Below are positions 19,545 to 30,496 of a stretch of 64,000 nucleotides of DNA, one piece after another. The stretch lies in contig OZ245033.1 of the NCBI GenBank assembly GCA_965224025.1, forward strand, positions 2,848,001 to 2,912,000, written 5' to 3'. The notes under the pieces are model-generated. The model ran no database searches. It saw only the letters and a list, made by a program, of their open reading frames with translations, and was not told the origin of the DNA. This stretch comes from Candidatus Multivorans sp. (GTDB taxonomy: Bacteria > Acidobacteriota > Thermoanaerobaculia > Multivoradales > Multivoraceae). The translations under genes and the position numbers were made by a program. Every line of letters starts with the position of its first letter. The first letter of the stretch is position 1.

Positions 19545-19575
19545 GCGCTGGCGTGGCCGACTCCCGGTCAAGGGG

Positions 19576-20010
19576 ATGAAGCGGCCTCCGACCGACCAGC
19601 TCGCCGTCGGCTACGAACAACAACTCGGTGAGTACGCTCTTGGCGCTCAGCTCGTCGTCACCGACACGACCGACCTGATCGGCTGGCAGATCCAGGGCGA
19701 CGGCGAATGCGAGGATGTTCCTTGCGTCAACTCCTTGACGGGCGAGGCGATCATGCTCAAGAACCTCGTCACACAGCCGACTCTGCGCAAGGCCAACGAC
19801 CCCGGCGCGGCGGCCAACGTCCCACCGGGAACGAAGTTCGAGCAGGACTACACTGGCGTTTTTCTCACCTTCCGCAAGCGCCACACCGGCCGCTGATCTC
19901 TCGACTCGTCGCTGGGCTGGTCGGAGTCGAAGGGAGTGCAGCCTCGTCCGCTCCAGCAGAATGGGAACGTTGCCTTCTACACCAGCTCGGAAGGCAGGGA
20001 TCCCAACCAT
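19576..20010 (+). pseudogene. Internal fragment of a TonB-dependent receptor, paralogous to 24580-25025
   Basis: DQLAVGYEQQL..LIGWQIQGDG..EQDYTGVF aligns with DQYALGYEQQL..LIGWHILGDG..EQDYEGIF; TGA at a Trp position. Confidence 0.85.
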
Positions 20011-20289
20011 CGCTACGGACCTCGGTGGAATACGCGGTTCTAGCGATCCGCTGCGATGACCGAGAAGGGGCCCGTATGACCGAGAAAGGGAGCCAGATGA
20101 CTTCGACACCCGAGGAGCGGCGCCTCGTCGATCGCCGTGCCCTGATGGTATCGAGTTCGTTGGGAATCGCCGCGGCGGTGGCGGCAACTCGGCGTTTCGC
20201 AAGGAGACCAGCGGTACTCGGATCGAATACCTCAAAGGGCAGAGTAACTGTCTGGAACATCGAAGCCATCAGGACGGCTGACGCCCGCG

Positions 20290-22554
20290 TCACCGCTGCC
20301 AGAGCCAGGTGGCCTTGAGGATGAGCTGTCGGCCCTGCGTGCGTCGCTCCGAGAGCGACGGCGCCGTCCAGTTCTCGTTGTAGACGAGGAAGATGTCGGC
20401 GCCGGGTCGGTAGATCCAGTGGAAGCGGACGTTGATGCCGAGATCCTCGGCGGCGTCGTTGTACTGGGCAATCATGTTCAGCCGCAGATCCGGCGTGAAC
20501 GAGAGGTCGACGTCCTGGCTCCAGAGGTTGATCTCGAACGCGCCCTGCGGCAGCTCGACATCGTGGTGCGACCAAGTGGTGGAGGCACGAACGAGGCGTG
20601 ACAGGCGAAGACCGACCGTCTGTCGCAGGGAGATCCAGTCGCCTTCGTAGAACTCGCCCCAGTTGTTGAAGCTCCGTAAGTTCACCGATCGCGATGCGTC
20701 GGTGAGCATCAGCAGTTCCCAGTCGTCGAACTCGAACAGACCCGGCGGGATCACCACGCCGGGGTAGATCTCGAACGGCGCGAACAACCGCTCCTTGGTG
20801 CGAATAGCTCCGAACTCCAGGAAGTCGTTGCTCTTGAGGACCATGCCGAGGGGATACACGACAGTCTCCTCGCTCTCCAGACGTCCGTCGCTGGAGCGTT
20901 CGAAACGGCGGTGGGCGCCCTCGGCGTACCAGGAGCGGATACCGCCCCGCTCGATCCGCGGCTGCCAGATGAAGCGCGGGTTGAAGAGGCGGAAGTTCTC
21001 GCGCAGCAGAAACCCGACGCCCGGATCGAAGTTCCGCTGGGACTCGATGAAGTCCAGCGAGGTCGTCAGCGTGGAACCCTGGTAGCCGACGCCGGCGCCG
21101 AAGGAAGCGTCGTCGCCGTCGATGCCCGGCCGCTCGCTGCGGCTCCAGTAGCCGTTGAGCTGGAGGAGTTGGGTGGGTTTGAGTTCGATGTCGAAGCCGT
21201 AGAGGCTCTCCGCTCCCGCCGCGGCGGGATCGCGCTGCGTGAAGATCGCGCCCACGCTGGAGCGCTCACCGATGTTGCGCTTCACCCGGGCGACGGCAAA
21301 TCCGGTTTTCGCCGCGTGGCGGCCCCCGGTGTCGGCCGCTCCCGTGCCGATGCCGAGGACGCCGAAGTTCCACTCTCCGAGCCGGCCGGTCAGGCGACCT
21401 CCGGCCTCGATTGGCACCGTCTCGCCGCCGTCGAGCCCGATGCGGCGGGAGAAGAAGGCCTTCATCAGGGAGGGTAGCCACGGCACTCTCTGAGGGGGAC
21501 CGAACTCGAAGATGCCCGCGTTCTCGAGAAAGAAGTCCCGCTTCTCGGGAAAGAAGAGGGAGAACCGGGTCAGGTTGACCTGCAGGTCGTCGACCTCGAC
21601 CTCGGCGAAGTCCGTGTTGTAGGTGAGATCGAGCGCCATCGACTTGCTCAGTCCCCACTTGACGTCGAGTCCGCCGTCGAGGTCGGTCGTTGAAGTACGG
21701 CTCGGCGGCGCTTCGGAGCCGGAACCGATCAGGTAGGGCTTGACGTCGAGGCTGCGCGAGCGCCGAAGACCGGCGAGCCCCGTCAGGGCGCCTGCCAGGG
21801 AAACCCGGTACGCCGCTTCGTGGGACACGCCCGATGTGGTGATCGGCAACGCGGAACGCGGCAAATACGCCCAGTTCACTTCCTCGCTCTTGCGGCGGAT
21901 GAGTCGCTGTACGTTCAGACCCCAGCGATCGAGAGCCGGATCGAAGCGCAGGGTCGCGAAGGGAATGCCGATCTCCGCCGTCCAGCCATCGGTCGTTCGT
22001 CGCGCCTTGACCGACCACACACCGTCCCACTCCTCGTTCACGTCGCGCCCCTCGTCGGTAATCAGTGCATCGTGACGAGCACCATTCGGGTTGGTGGCGA
22101 AGGCGAAGGAGTTGCGGCCGTCCAGAAACGTGTCGAACACCAGAACGAAGGAGTCGTCGGAGGCGAGCTCCGCGTCGCGCTCCATCTCCTTGGCGATGAT
22201 CCTTCCGGGCGCCCGATCGAACGCGCGCAGCGCCACGTAGAGCGTCGTGGGGGTGTAGGCGATGGAGAACTCGGTCCGTTCGGAAGCCGGCGCTCCCTCG
22301 CGGGGCTCGCGTTGCCGGAAGTTCGTGCCGACTTCGGCGCGTCGCCAGGCGGGTTCGTCGAGCCGACCGTCGACGACGATCGGCTGGTCGATTGCGAGTG
22401 CCCCGATCGAAGGGCGCTCGTTGAGATCGGCATCGACTTGACCGACCGCCGGCGCACCGAGTGTCAGCGCGATGACGAATAGAGCCAGCCGGTCGGAGGC
22501 CTTGGGAGGGCGGCTGGTCCTGGCGCGGGGATGGGTTGGAAACCGGGCGCTCAT
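20290..22554 (-). CDS. CBM9-like/DUF5916 outer-membrane protein
   Basis: VDGRLDEPAW, GWTAEIGIPF, NTDFAEVEVD, FFPEKRDFFLE. Confidence 0.88.
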   Translation of the reverse strand: MSARFPTHPRARTSRPPKASDRLALFVIALTLGAPAVGQVDADLNERPSIGALAIDQPIVVDGRLDEPAWRRAEVGTNFRQREPREGAPASERTEFSIAYTPTTLYVALRAFDRAPGRIIAKEMERDAELASDDSFVLVFDTFLDGRNSFAFATNPNGARHDALITDEGRDVNEEWDGVWSVKARRTTDGWTAEIGIPFATLRFDPALDRWGLNVQRLIRRKSEEVNWAYLPRSALPITTSGVSHEAAYRVSLAGALTGLAGLRRSRSLDVKPYLIGSGSEAPPSRTSTTDLDGGLDVKWGLSKSMALDLTYNTDFAEVEVDDLQVNLTRFSLFFPEKRDFFLENAGIFEFGPPQRVPWLPSLMKAFFSRRIGLDGGETVPIEAGGRLTGRLGEWNFGVLGIGTGAADTGGRHAAKTGFAVARVKRNIGERSSVGAIFTQRDPAAAGAESLYGFDIELKPTQLLQLNGYWSRSERPGIDGDDASFGAGVGYQGSTLTTSLDFIESQRNFDPGVGFLLRENFRLFNPRFIWQPRIERGGIRSWYAEGAHRRFERSSDGRLESEETVVYPLGMVLKSNDFLEFGAIRTKERLFAPFEIYPGVVIPPGLFEFDDWELLMLTDASRSVNLRSFNNWGEFYEGDWISLRQTVGLRLSRLVRASTTWSHHDVELPQGAFEINLWSQDVDLSFTPDLRLNMIAQYNDAAEDLGINVRFHWIYRPGADIFLVYNENWTAPSLSERRTQGRQLILKATWLWQR

Positions 22555-22650
22555 AGACCTTAAGGTTTTCTAAGGTTTTGCTCTAGATCAAACGCTGTTC
22601 GATCGGTCAGAGTATCGTTGTTCGTTCTTCAACGAAAACCGGAGGAGACC

Positions 22651-25435
22651 ATGTCGAAGATGCGTCTGGCGGTGTTTGTTTCGCTGCTTCTGGTGATAAT
22701 CGCGGGGCCGGCCCTGGCCCAGAACGTCGGCACGGTCCGGGGCGAGGTCCGCGACGCGAACGGCGACCCGCTGCCGGGCGTGATGATCGAAGTCGACGGA
22801 CCGCTGGTGCGCGGCGACCGCTCGACCACGACGGGCGTCAACGGCGAGTTCCTCGTCACGGCGCTGCTTCCGGGCACGGTCTCCGTCACCGGAACGCTCG
22901 ACGGCTTCGAGGACGAGACGGTCGAGGACATCCGCGTCTCGATTTCCCTGACCAGCACCGTGCACATGGTCCTCCAGCTCGCCGCGACCTCGGAGGAGAT
23001 CACGGTGACCTCGGAGCGGCCGATCCTGGACGTGACGAGCAACGTGATCAGCACCCACCTGACCGAGGACTTCATCGATGACCTGCCGACGAAACGGAGC
23101 TTCCAGGACTACGCGAGCATGGCCAAGGGGGTGACGCTCCAGGGGCGCGACCAGACCTACGGCGACTGGAGGTACTCGGTCTACGGCAGCGGCGGGGTGC
23201 AGAACAACTGGAACATGGACGGCCTCAATTCCGCCATGCACGACTACGGCGGCGTCTGGTGGTGGATCAACCCGGACACGATCTCCGAGGTCCAGGTGCT
23301 TGGCGTGGGCGCCCCGGCGGAGTACGGAGGCATGTCCGGCGGCGCGATCAACATCGTCACGAAGTCCGGGACGAACGAGTTCGACGGCCGCCTGAACTAC
23401 TACGGCCAGTTCGAATCGCTGACCGCCGAGGGCCCGAAGGTGGCTGGATTGACCGGCGAGGAGACCGGCTTCTATCGGGACAGGTTCAACAACTACACCC
23501 TGGCGCTGGGCGGCGCGCTCGTCCAGGACAAGCTGTGGTACTTCCTGTCGCTCGAGTACAAGGAGGACGCCCTCGGGGAGCCGGGCTCGATTCGGGAGTA
23601 CGTCCGGCCGGACGTCTGGGAGCGCTCCGCCCTGAAGCTCGACTGGACCTTCAACCCGTCGAACACGCTGACGCTCAGCGCCCAGTACGAGGATTACGAC
23701 TGGCAGCAGGCTTCGGACCCTTTCCGTTCGCAGGACGCGCAGACGCATGAGTTCGGTACCCGGCCTGCCTTCCGGCTCGGCTGGCAGTCCGTGTTCTCGA
23801 ACCGTACGTTCTTTGAAGTCAACGTCGCCGACTTCGACAACTACGACCGCGTGGCTTCGGTCACCGGCAGCGTGGAGCCGCCCTTCGTGGACCACACGCA
23901 GCCGGTGCCGACGACCGTGGGCGGACCGAGGTATCCGTACGACTACGGACCCGCGATGATCCGCACCAGCGCCAAGCTGACCCACTTCGCGGACGACCTC
24001 GCCGGCAGTCACGAGTTCAAGTTCGGCGTCCAGTTCACGGACGCGACGACGAAGACGCCCCAGCTCTATCCCGGTTCGGGCGGTCTCTATTACGCCAAGT
24101 TCGCCGAGAGCTTCTACTGGCGCTACACCCGGCAGCAGCACTACTACGGCAGCGACTCGACGTCGCTCGGGTTGTTCGTGGACGATTCGTGGAACCTGGG
24201 CGGCAAGACGACCCTGAACCTGGGCGTGCGCTACGACCACGACAACGGCGGAATCCCGCCCCTACGAGGTGCTGCTGTCGCACGGGGGCGGCAAGGGGAA
24301 CGCCGTCTTCAGCGGTGACTTCTACCCCGCCTACGACGATCTGGTCGACTGGAAGAACATCTCGCCGCGGCTGGGGATCGCCCATCAGATCGGCGAAGGC
24401 GAGCGGCAGGGCGTGCTGCGCATCTCCTACGGCAAATACTTCGAGGCGAACAGCACGGCATTCTGGAACGGCCCCCATCCGGACCGGCCGCCCTCGGTCT
24501 ATGCCTCCAGCTACTACCGGAACGGCCCGTGGTACGTCTACCGGACGGTCGCGGACGAGAACCTGGTCGAGCCGGACCCGAACATGAAGGCGCCCGAGTA
24601 CGACCAGTACGCGCTCGGCTACGAGCAGCAGCTCAGCGAGACGCTGACGGTGGGCGCCGAGCTCGTCGTCAAACGCGGCACGAACCTGATCGGCTGGCAC
24701 ATCCTCGGTGACGGCGTCTACGAGGAAGTGCCGTTCATGAACCCGGAGACCGGCGAGACGATGACGCTCTACAGCATCGTCGAGGAGCCGACGCGGCGCA
24801 AGGGCAACAGCCCGGGACCGGGCGCGAACGCGCCGCCGGGCGCGAAGTACGAGCAGGACTACGAGGGGATCTTCGTGAGTCTGACCAAGCGCAAGGTCGG
24901 CCGGTGGGGGATGAACGCTTCGCTCGGCTGGTCGAACTCGGAGGGGTTCTCGCCACGGAACCTCGACCAGCGCCAGACGGAACCCTTCTTCGGGAACCAG
25001 AGCGGCGTGGATCCGAACCACCACATCAACGCCGAGGGGTTGATGCAGGCGGACCGCGCCTGGGTCTTCGCGGGCCAGGCCCAGGTCGACCTGCCCTGGA
25101 AGCTGCGCGGAGCAGCGGTGCTGAAGGTTCAGGACGGCCGGCCTTACGCGCAGTTCCAGCGGGTCCAACTGCCTCAGGGCCGGATCGATGTCGCACTGAG
25201 CCCGCGTGAGGACGACCGGAGGATGCCGGGCAGCGCAACGCTTGACCTGGCCATCGGGCGCAACTTCTCGCTCCGTGGTGACGTCTCGTTCGGCGTCGAC
25301 CTGCAGGTCCTGAACGCTCTGAACGAAGACGCCTGGGACTGGTGGCAGGGCACTGCGTTCAGGGACGGTAATCTGGTGCCCTCCCTCTATCAGTATCCGC
25401 GCCGGCTCATGCTGCGGTTGAGCTTCGACTTCTAG
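22651..25435 (+). pseudogene. Oar-like TonB-dependent receptor with one frameshift near 24260
   Basis: Signal peptide, carboxypeptidase-regulatory domain, PAEYGGMSGGAINIVTKSGTNEFDG, C-terminal FDF; extra C in a C4 run (may be a sequencing error). Confidence 0.88.
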
Positions 25436-25489
25436 GCTGCGGCCGTTCGGTCCGGGCCTGACTACTGACCTCGATCAGAGGAGATCATC

Positions 25490-27322
25490 GTGATGCGGAA
25501 AGCGACTGTCGTTCGGTCCACCGGAGCGCTGAAGCTCCTTCTCTGCCTGGCTCTGCTGGCGGCTGCGTGGTCCGCGCCGACCCTTGCCGCCGAAGGCGAC
25601 TGGTCGCAGTGGCGGGGGCCCGCCAGGGACGGATACGCGCCCGTGGCCGGCAACGAGAGGCTCGCCGCGGCGCTTCACGGTCCGCTGCCGGCCTCCCTGC
25701 ACCAGGTCTGGAAGCTGGAGGTCGGCCTCGGGCAGTCGGCGCCGATCCTCCACCAGGGCAAGCTCTACATTCACGTTCGGCAGGGTGAAGACGAAGTCGT
25801 GCTGGCGCTCGACCCGGAGACGGGCGAGGAGATCTGGCGCTACGCGTACCCGGTTCCCTACGTGGAGGTGAATCACGCTTCGGCGTGGGGCCCCGGCCCC
25901 AAGTCGACCCTGACCGCCGTCGGGGACACGCTCTACACCTTCGGCGTCACCGAGAGGCTGCACGCCATCGACACGGAGCAGGGCGACGTGCGTTGGGACA
26001 AGAACTACGACGACATCTACAAGCAGCCGTACCCCGAGTGCGGCACCAGCGCCTCGCCCCTGGTCGAGGGCGATCTGGTCATCGTGCCGGTCGGGCAGAC
26101 CTGGCCGGATCCGTCGCTCAAGAGCCTGGGAGAGCTGGTGGCCTACAGCCGGCACACCGGCGAAGAGGTATGGCGCAGCGAGTACTTTCCGCCGGGCTAC
26201 GCCTCGCCGATGGCGTTCACGATCGAGGGGGTCCGGCAGATCGTCACCACGACCCAGAACCACGTGGTCGGGATTTGCGCCAGCGACGGCAAGACGCTGT
26301 GGAAGAAGGAAATGCGGATTTTCATGGAGCAGAACATCCCGACCCCGGTCCTGTACGACGGCAAGGTCTTGATCGGTGGCTACCACTGGGGGAATGCGCT
26401 GCTCGATTTCGAGCCGAGCGGCAGTGACGAGCTCTGGGACGTCAACAGCGTCTGGGCGACGAAGCGGCACGAGCTGTACATGGACTCGCCGGTGCTGATC
26501 GGGGACTACGTCTACTTTCGTTCGCACAAGAGGCTCGGAACGATGGTCTGCGTCGACATCCGGACCGGCGAGCAGTGCTGGCGGGGTCCGCCTCAGGCGG
26601 CGCGGTACGCGGCCTTCGTCGTCGTCGGCGAGGACCGGCTCCTGGTGCTCACGGACAACGGTGACATCAAGGTGCTCGCGGCGGATCCCTCCGAATACCA
26701 GGAGCTCGCCTCATGGGAGGTCGCCGACACGCCCGTCTTCACCCATCTGACGGTCGCCGGGTCGCGGATGTACGTCAAGGACGAGGCGCATCTCGCGGTG
26801 TTCGAGATCGCGGCGGACCAGATCACGGAGGCTTCGGACAGCCCGGCAGGCGCGGTCGTCGCGGCCGCGTGGACGCCGACGCCGGAAGACGAGGCGGCGG
26901 CGCTCGAGGTCGTCAACAGGTTGCTCGACACGCAGAAGGAAGCCACGAGCTGGGAGCAGGTCGAGGAGCACCTGAGCTACTGGGCCGAGGACTTCAGCGA
27001 CTACTCCGGCCAGACGAAGGCGGACTGGACCGCGATGTACCGGAACATCTTCAACGCGGCCGGCAGGATCGGACCTCCGATGGGCTACGACACGCAGTCG
27101 ATGTATCTTGAGGGGTGGGTCGACGATACGGCGATCGTCCGCGGCATCTTCATCGACTTCCGGCCGCGCCGGCAGGCGATCATGGAGCAGTTCTACGCCG
27201 TCAAGAAGTACGGTGACCGCTGGCTGTTCACCGGTACGGACAACCGGCCAATCTGGGAGCGATGGGTCGAGGACGGGGAGTACAAGAGCACCGCCTTCGG
27301 GGAGGAGACGGAGGATCAGTAG
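25490..27322 (+). CDS. Secreted PQQ-like beta-propeller with extra C-terminal (NTF2-like?) domain
   Basis: DWSQWRGPARDG, TGEEIW repeats; C-terminal domain assignment is tentative. Confidence 0.82.
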   Translation: MMRKATVVRSTGALKLLLCLALLAAAWSAPTLAAEGDWSQWRGPARDGYAPVAGNERLAAALHGPLPASLHQVWKLEVGLGQSAPILHQGKLYIHVRQGEDEVVLALDPETGEEIWRYAYPVPYVEVNHASAWGPGPKSTLTAVGDTLYTFGVTERLHAIDTEQGDVRWDKNYDDIYKQPYPECGTSASPLVEGDLVIVPVGQTWPDPSLKSLGELVAYSRHTGEEVWRSEYFPPGYASPMAFTIEGVRQIVTTTQNHVVGICASDGKTLWKKEMRIFMEQNIPTPVLYDGKVLIGGYHWGNALLDFEPSGSDELWDVNSVWATKRHELYMDSPVLIGDYVYFRSHKRLGTMVCVDIRTGEQCWRGPPQAARYAAFVVVGEDRLLVLTDNGDIKVLAADPSEYQELASWEVADTPVFTHLTVAGSRMYVKDEAHLAVFEIAADQITEASDSPAGAVVAAAWTPTPEDEAAALEVVNRLLDTQKEATSWEQVEEHLSYWAEDFSDYSGQTKADWTAMYRNIFNAAGRIGPPMGYDTQSMYLEGWVDDTAIVRGIFIDFRPRRQAIMEQFYAVKKYGDRWLFTGTDNRPIWERWVEDGEYKSTAFGEETEDQ

Positions 27323-27467
27323 GATCCTTGATCTCCAGGGCAGAGTTCCGGCGCCGCCGCGAGGTTCGGTCGGCGCGACGACAAAGGTCCAGGACCTACG
27401 ATAGACAGGGGAGCGCAGGCTCCGTCAACCAGGCGCCGGTCTCAAGCCGGCCGTTCGGGAGTTCACG

Positions 27468-29465
27468 ATGCTGAGACTTGCTTCCCGCCTTCTCGTCTGC
27501 GCCGCCGTGCTTGGGGTTCTGCCTCTCCAGGCGGCGGACCATCCACTGGATCCGCTGAGCTACCAGGAGGTCTGGCGCGTCCTGGAGATACTGAGGGACG
27601 AGGGCCGTCTGGACGGGGAAACCCGTTTCTCTCAACTGACGCTGCAGGAACCGGCCAAGGACGAAGTCCTGGCGTGGCGCCCGGGCGCCGACATGCCGCG
27701 AGCTGCCTACGCGGTCGTGCGCCAGGGCGCGGAGGCCTTCGAAGCGGTCGTCGACCTGGCTGCCGGGGGAGTCGCGTCCTGGTCGCTTCTCGAGGGCGTG
27801 CAACCCAGTTGGACCCTTGAAGAGTACGGAGCGCTGATCGGGGAGGCCCTCGCCCATCCCGACTTCGTCGCCGGTCTCGAGGCCCGTGGCATTGCCGATG
27901 CGAGCTTCCTCGACTGCATGACGCTGCCGCCCGGATACTTCGGCACCGCAGAAGAGAAGGGGCGGCGACTCGGTCACATCCGCTGCTCGGAACCTCGCGG
28001 CGCCCGCAACAGTTGGGCCCGGCAGGTCGAGGGCCTGACCGCCGTGGTCGATCTCGGCACCGGCGAGGTGCTGAAGGTCGTCGACGACGGCGTCGCCCCC
28101 ATTCCAACCGCCGACGCGGACTTCGACCGGACGACGCTCGACGAGCCGCGCGAGGTTCCAGGACCGTTCGATGTGCGGCGTCCGCTCGGGTCCGGGTTCG
28201 AGCTGGACGGCTACCAGGTGCGCTGGCAGACGTGGCGCTTCCACCTGCGGCCCGATCAGCGCACGGGCGCGGTGCTTTCCCTGGTCAGCTATCAACAGGA
28301 TCCCAATGAAGCCTCCCGGTCGGTGATGTACCAGGGCCAACTGTCCGAGATCTACGTTCCCTACATGGACCCGTCGTTCGCCTGGTACGGGCGCAACTTC
28401 ATCGATGCCGGCGAGTTCGTTGCCGGCGGCCTGGGCAAGCCGCTGCTTCCGGGTCGTGACTGCCCGGACCACGCGGTCTACATCGACTCGCTGCGAACTG
28501 GCCCCAACGGTCATCCGGCGACCGTGCCGGGGACGATCTGCATCTACGAGCGGGAGACCGGCGATCCGTCCTGGCGGCACTATGCGGATGAGCAGCCGGA
28601 CAGCCGCCGGAGCCGCGACCTGGTCGTGCGCACTGGAGCGGTGCTCGGCAACTACGACTACCTGCTCGACTGGATCTTTCGGCAGGACGGTTCGATCGAG
28701 GCCAGAGTCGGCGCCACCGGCATTCTCGAAGCCAAGGCGACCAGTGCAGCGTCCGCGATCCAGCCTGCGCCGACGGCGGGGCCGGTCAGCACGGCCGCCG
28801 TCGATGCCCTTCAGGCCGGAAGGCGGGCCGACGCCTACGGCCGTTTCGTCGATCGCAACATCGTGGGCGTCAACCACGACCACTACTTCAGCTACCGCCT
28901 GGATCTGGATGTTGACGGCACCGATAACCGCTTCGTCGCCGACCGCCTGGTCACGCAGCGGCTTCCCGACGACCACCCGCGGCGGAGCGTGTGGGTCCAG
29001 GAAGCGCACCCGGCGGCGACCGAGCACGACGCCCGGCTCGACATCAACCTCGAGCGGCCCACCCTGTGGCGTGTGCAGAGCACGAACCGGCGCAACGCCG
29101 TCGGCTATCCGACCAGTTACCATCTGCTGCCCGGCAGGAACACGACGAACCTGCTCGTGCCGGAGGACTACTCGACGCGGCGGGCCGGCTTCATCGAGCA
29201 TCACCTGTGGGTGACGCCGTACCGGCCGGACGAACGCTACGCCGCGGGCGATCATCCCAGCTTGAGCGAGCCGGACATGGGTCTGCCCACCTGGACGAAG
29301 GCTGACCGGCCGATCAGCGATACGGACATCGTGGTCTGGCACACCGTGGGCATGCACCATCTGCCCCGCGCCGAGGACTGGCCGGTGATGCCGGTCATGT
29401 GGCACGGCTTCGAGTTGCGTCCGTTCGACTTCTTTGATCGCAACCCGGCTCTCGATCTGCCCTGA
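27468..29465 (+). CDS. tynA: Secreted copper-containing amine oxidase (TPQ)
   Basis: HPLDPL, GNYDY TPQ motif, HDH and HH copper ligands, EDWPVMP, FFDRNP. Confidence 0.93.
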   Translation: MLRLASRLLVCAAVLGVLPLQAADHPLDPLSYQEVWRVLEILRDEGRLDGETRFSQLTLQEPAKDEVLAWRPGADMPRAAYAVVRQGAEAFEAVVDLAAGGVASWSLLEGVQPSWTLEEYGALIGEALAHPDFVAGLEARGIADASFLDCMTLPPGYFGTAEEKGRRLGHIRCSEPRGARNSWARQVEGLTAVVDLGTGEVLKVVDDGVAPIPTADADFDRTTLDEPREVPGPFDVRRPLGSGFELDGYQVRWQTWRFHLRPDQRTGAVLSLVSYQQDPNEASRSVMYQGQLSEIYVPYMDPSFAWYGRNFIDAGEFVAGGLGKPLLPGRDCPDHAVYIDSLRTGPNGHPATVPGTICIYERETGDPSWRHYADEQPDSRRSRDLVVRTGAVLGNYDYLLDWIFRQDGSIEARVGATGILEAKATSAASAIQPAPTAGPVSTAAVDALQAGRRADAYGRFVDRNIVGVNHDHYFSYRLDLDVDGTDNRFVADRLVTQRLPDDHPRRSVWVQEAHPAATEHDARLDINLERPTLWRVQSTNRRNAVGYPTSYHLLPGRNTTNLLVPEDYSTRRAGFIEHHLWVTPYRPDERYAAGDHPSLSEPDMGLPTWTKADRPISDTDIVVWHTVGMHHLPRAEDWPVMPVMWHGFELRPFDFFDRNPALDLP

Positions 29466-29564
29466 CTTCGGCCGGCGGAGCGCCGTTCCTCAATACACGT
29501 CCGGGCTGGTAGTGTCGGCGGCATCGTTCCCGGCCTCGGTCGCCTTCCGAGAGGTCACGCCGCC

Positions 29565-30185
29565 ATGTCGATTCCCCCCGAACTCCAGTCCCGCATCCAG
29601 GGGATCGTGGATTCAGGCCCTGCCGTTCTCTTCATGAAGGGCAGTCCCGCCGCGCCTCAGTGCGGTTTCTCGGCCCAGGTCGTCCAGGTGCTGAACCGGC
29701 TGCTTCCCCGGTACCAGACGTTCGACGTGCTGTCGGACTCCGAGGTTCGCGAAGGCGTCAAGGAGTTCTCCGACTGGCCGACGATCCCCCAGCTCTACGT
29801 CGGCGGCGAGTTCATGGGTGGCTGCGACATCGTCAAGGAGATGTACGACAGCGGCGAGCTCCACGATGCGCTGGGCATGGAGCGACCCGCGTTGACTGGC
29901 GACCAGGTAGCGATCTCGATCAGCCCGGAGGCGGAGCAGATCCTCCGCAACGCCCAACAGCAACAGCAGGCGGAGCTGCACTTCGGTATCGACGCGAAGT
30001 TCCATCCCTTCCTCGGCTTCGGGCCGGCGGCGGGATCGGAGGTCCGGGTTCAGGTCGGCGATCTGTACTTTCTGCTCGATCAGGACAGTGCTGTTCGGGC
30101 CCGGGGCGCGTCGATCACCGTCGTCGAGAGTGAGCATGGCCAGCGCCTCGACGTCGACATGCCGACTGCCCGAGCCGCCGGCTGA
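29565..30185 (+). CDS. grxD: Monothiol glutaredoxin Grx4 with C-terminal HesB/IscA-like extension
   Basis: FMKG, PQCGFS, WPTIPQLY, GGCDI. Confidence 0.92.
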   Translation: MSIPPELQSRIQGIVDSGPAVLFMKGSPAAPQCGFSAQVVQVLNRLLPRYQTFDVLSDSEVREGVKEFSDWPTIPQLYVGGEFMGGCDIVKEMYDSGELHDALGMERPALTGDQVAISISPEAEQILRNAQQQQQAELHFGIDAKFHPFLGFGPAAGSEVRVQVGDLYFLLDQDSAVRARGASITVVESEHGQRLDVDMPTARAAG

Positions 30186-30217
30186 TCGATCGGCGCCGGG
30201 TCGGAACGGTTCGTGGA

Positions 30218-30496
30218 ATGGAGATCGCTGAACAGCCGTCGCCGCGGGAGACGGCCGAGCGCATTCGGGAGGCCGTGGCCGCGGCGCTGCCGGGCGCCCG
30301 CATCGAGGTGACGGGCGAGGGCAGTCACTTCAGCCTGCGCGTGGAGTCCACAGCGTTCGCCGGTAAGGGCCGGCTGGCCCGTCAACGGCTCGTCCTGCGG
30401 GCTGTCGCGCCCCTGATGAAGGGCGAAGGCGCGCCGGTTCATGCGATCGACCGGCTGGAAACGGTGCTGCCGGACCAGAGCCGTCCGATAGCGTAG
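30218..30496 (+). CDS. BolA/IbaG-family protein
   Basis: GSHF, FAGKGRLARQRLV, VHAI; follows grxD. Confidence 0.9.
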   Translation: MEIAEQPSPRETAERIREAVAAALPGARIEVTGEGSHFSLRVESTAFAGKGRLARQRLVLRAVAPLMKGEGAPVHAIDRLETVLPDQSRPIA

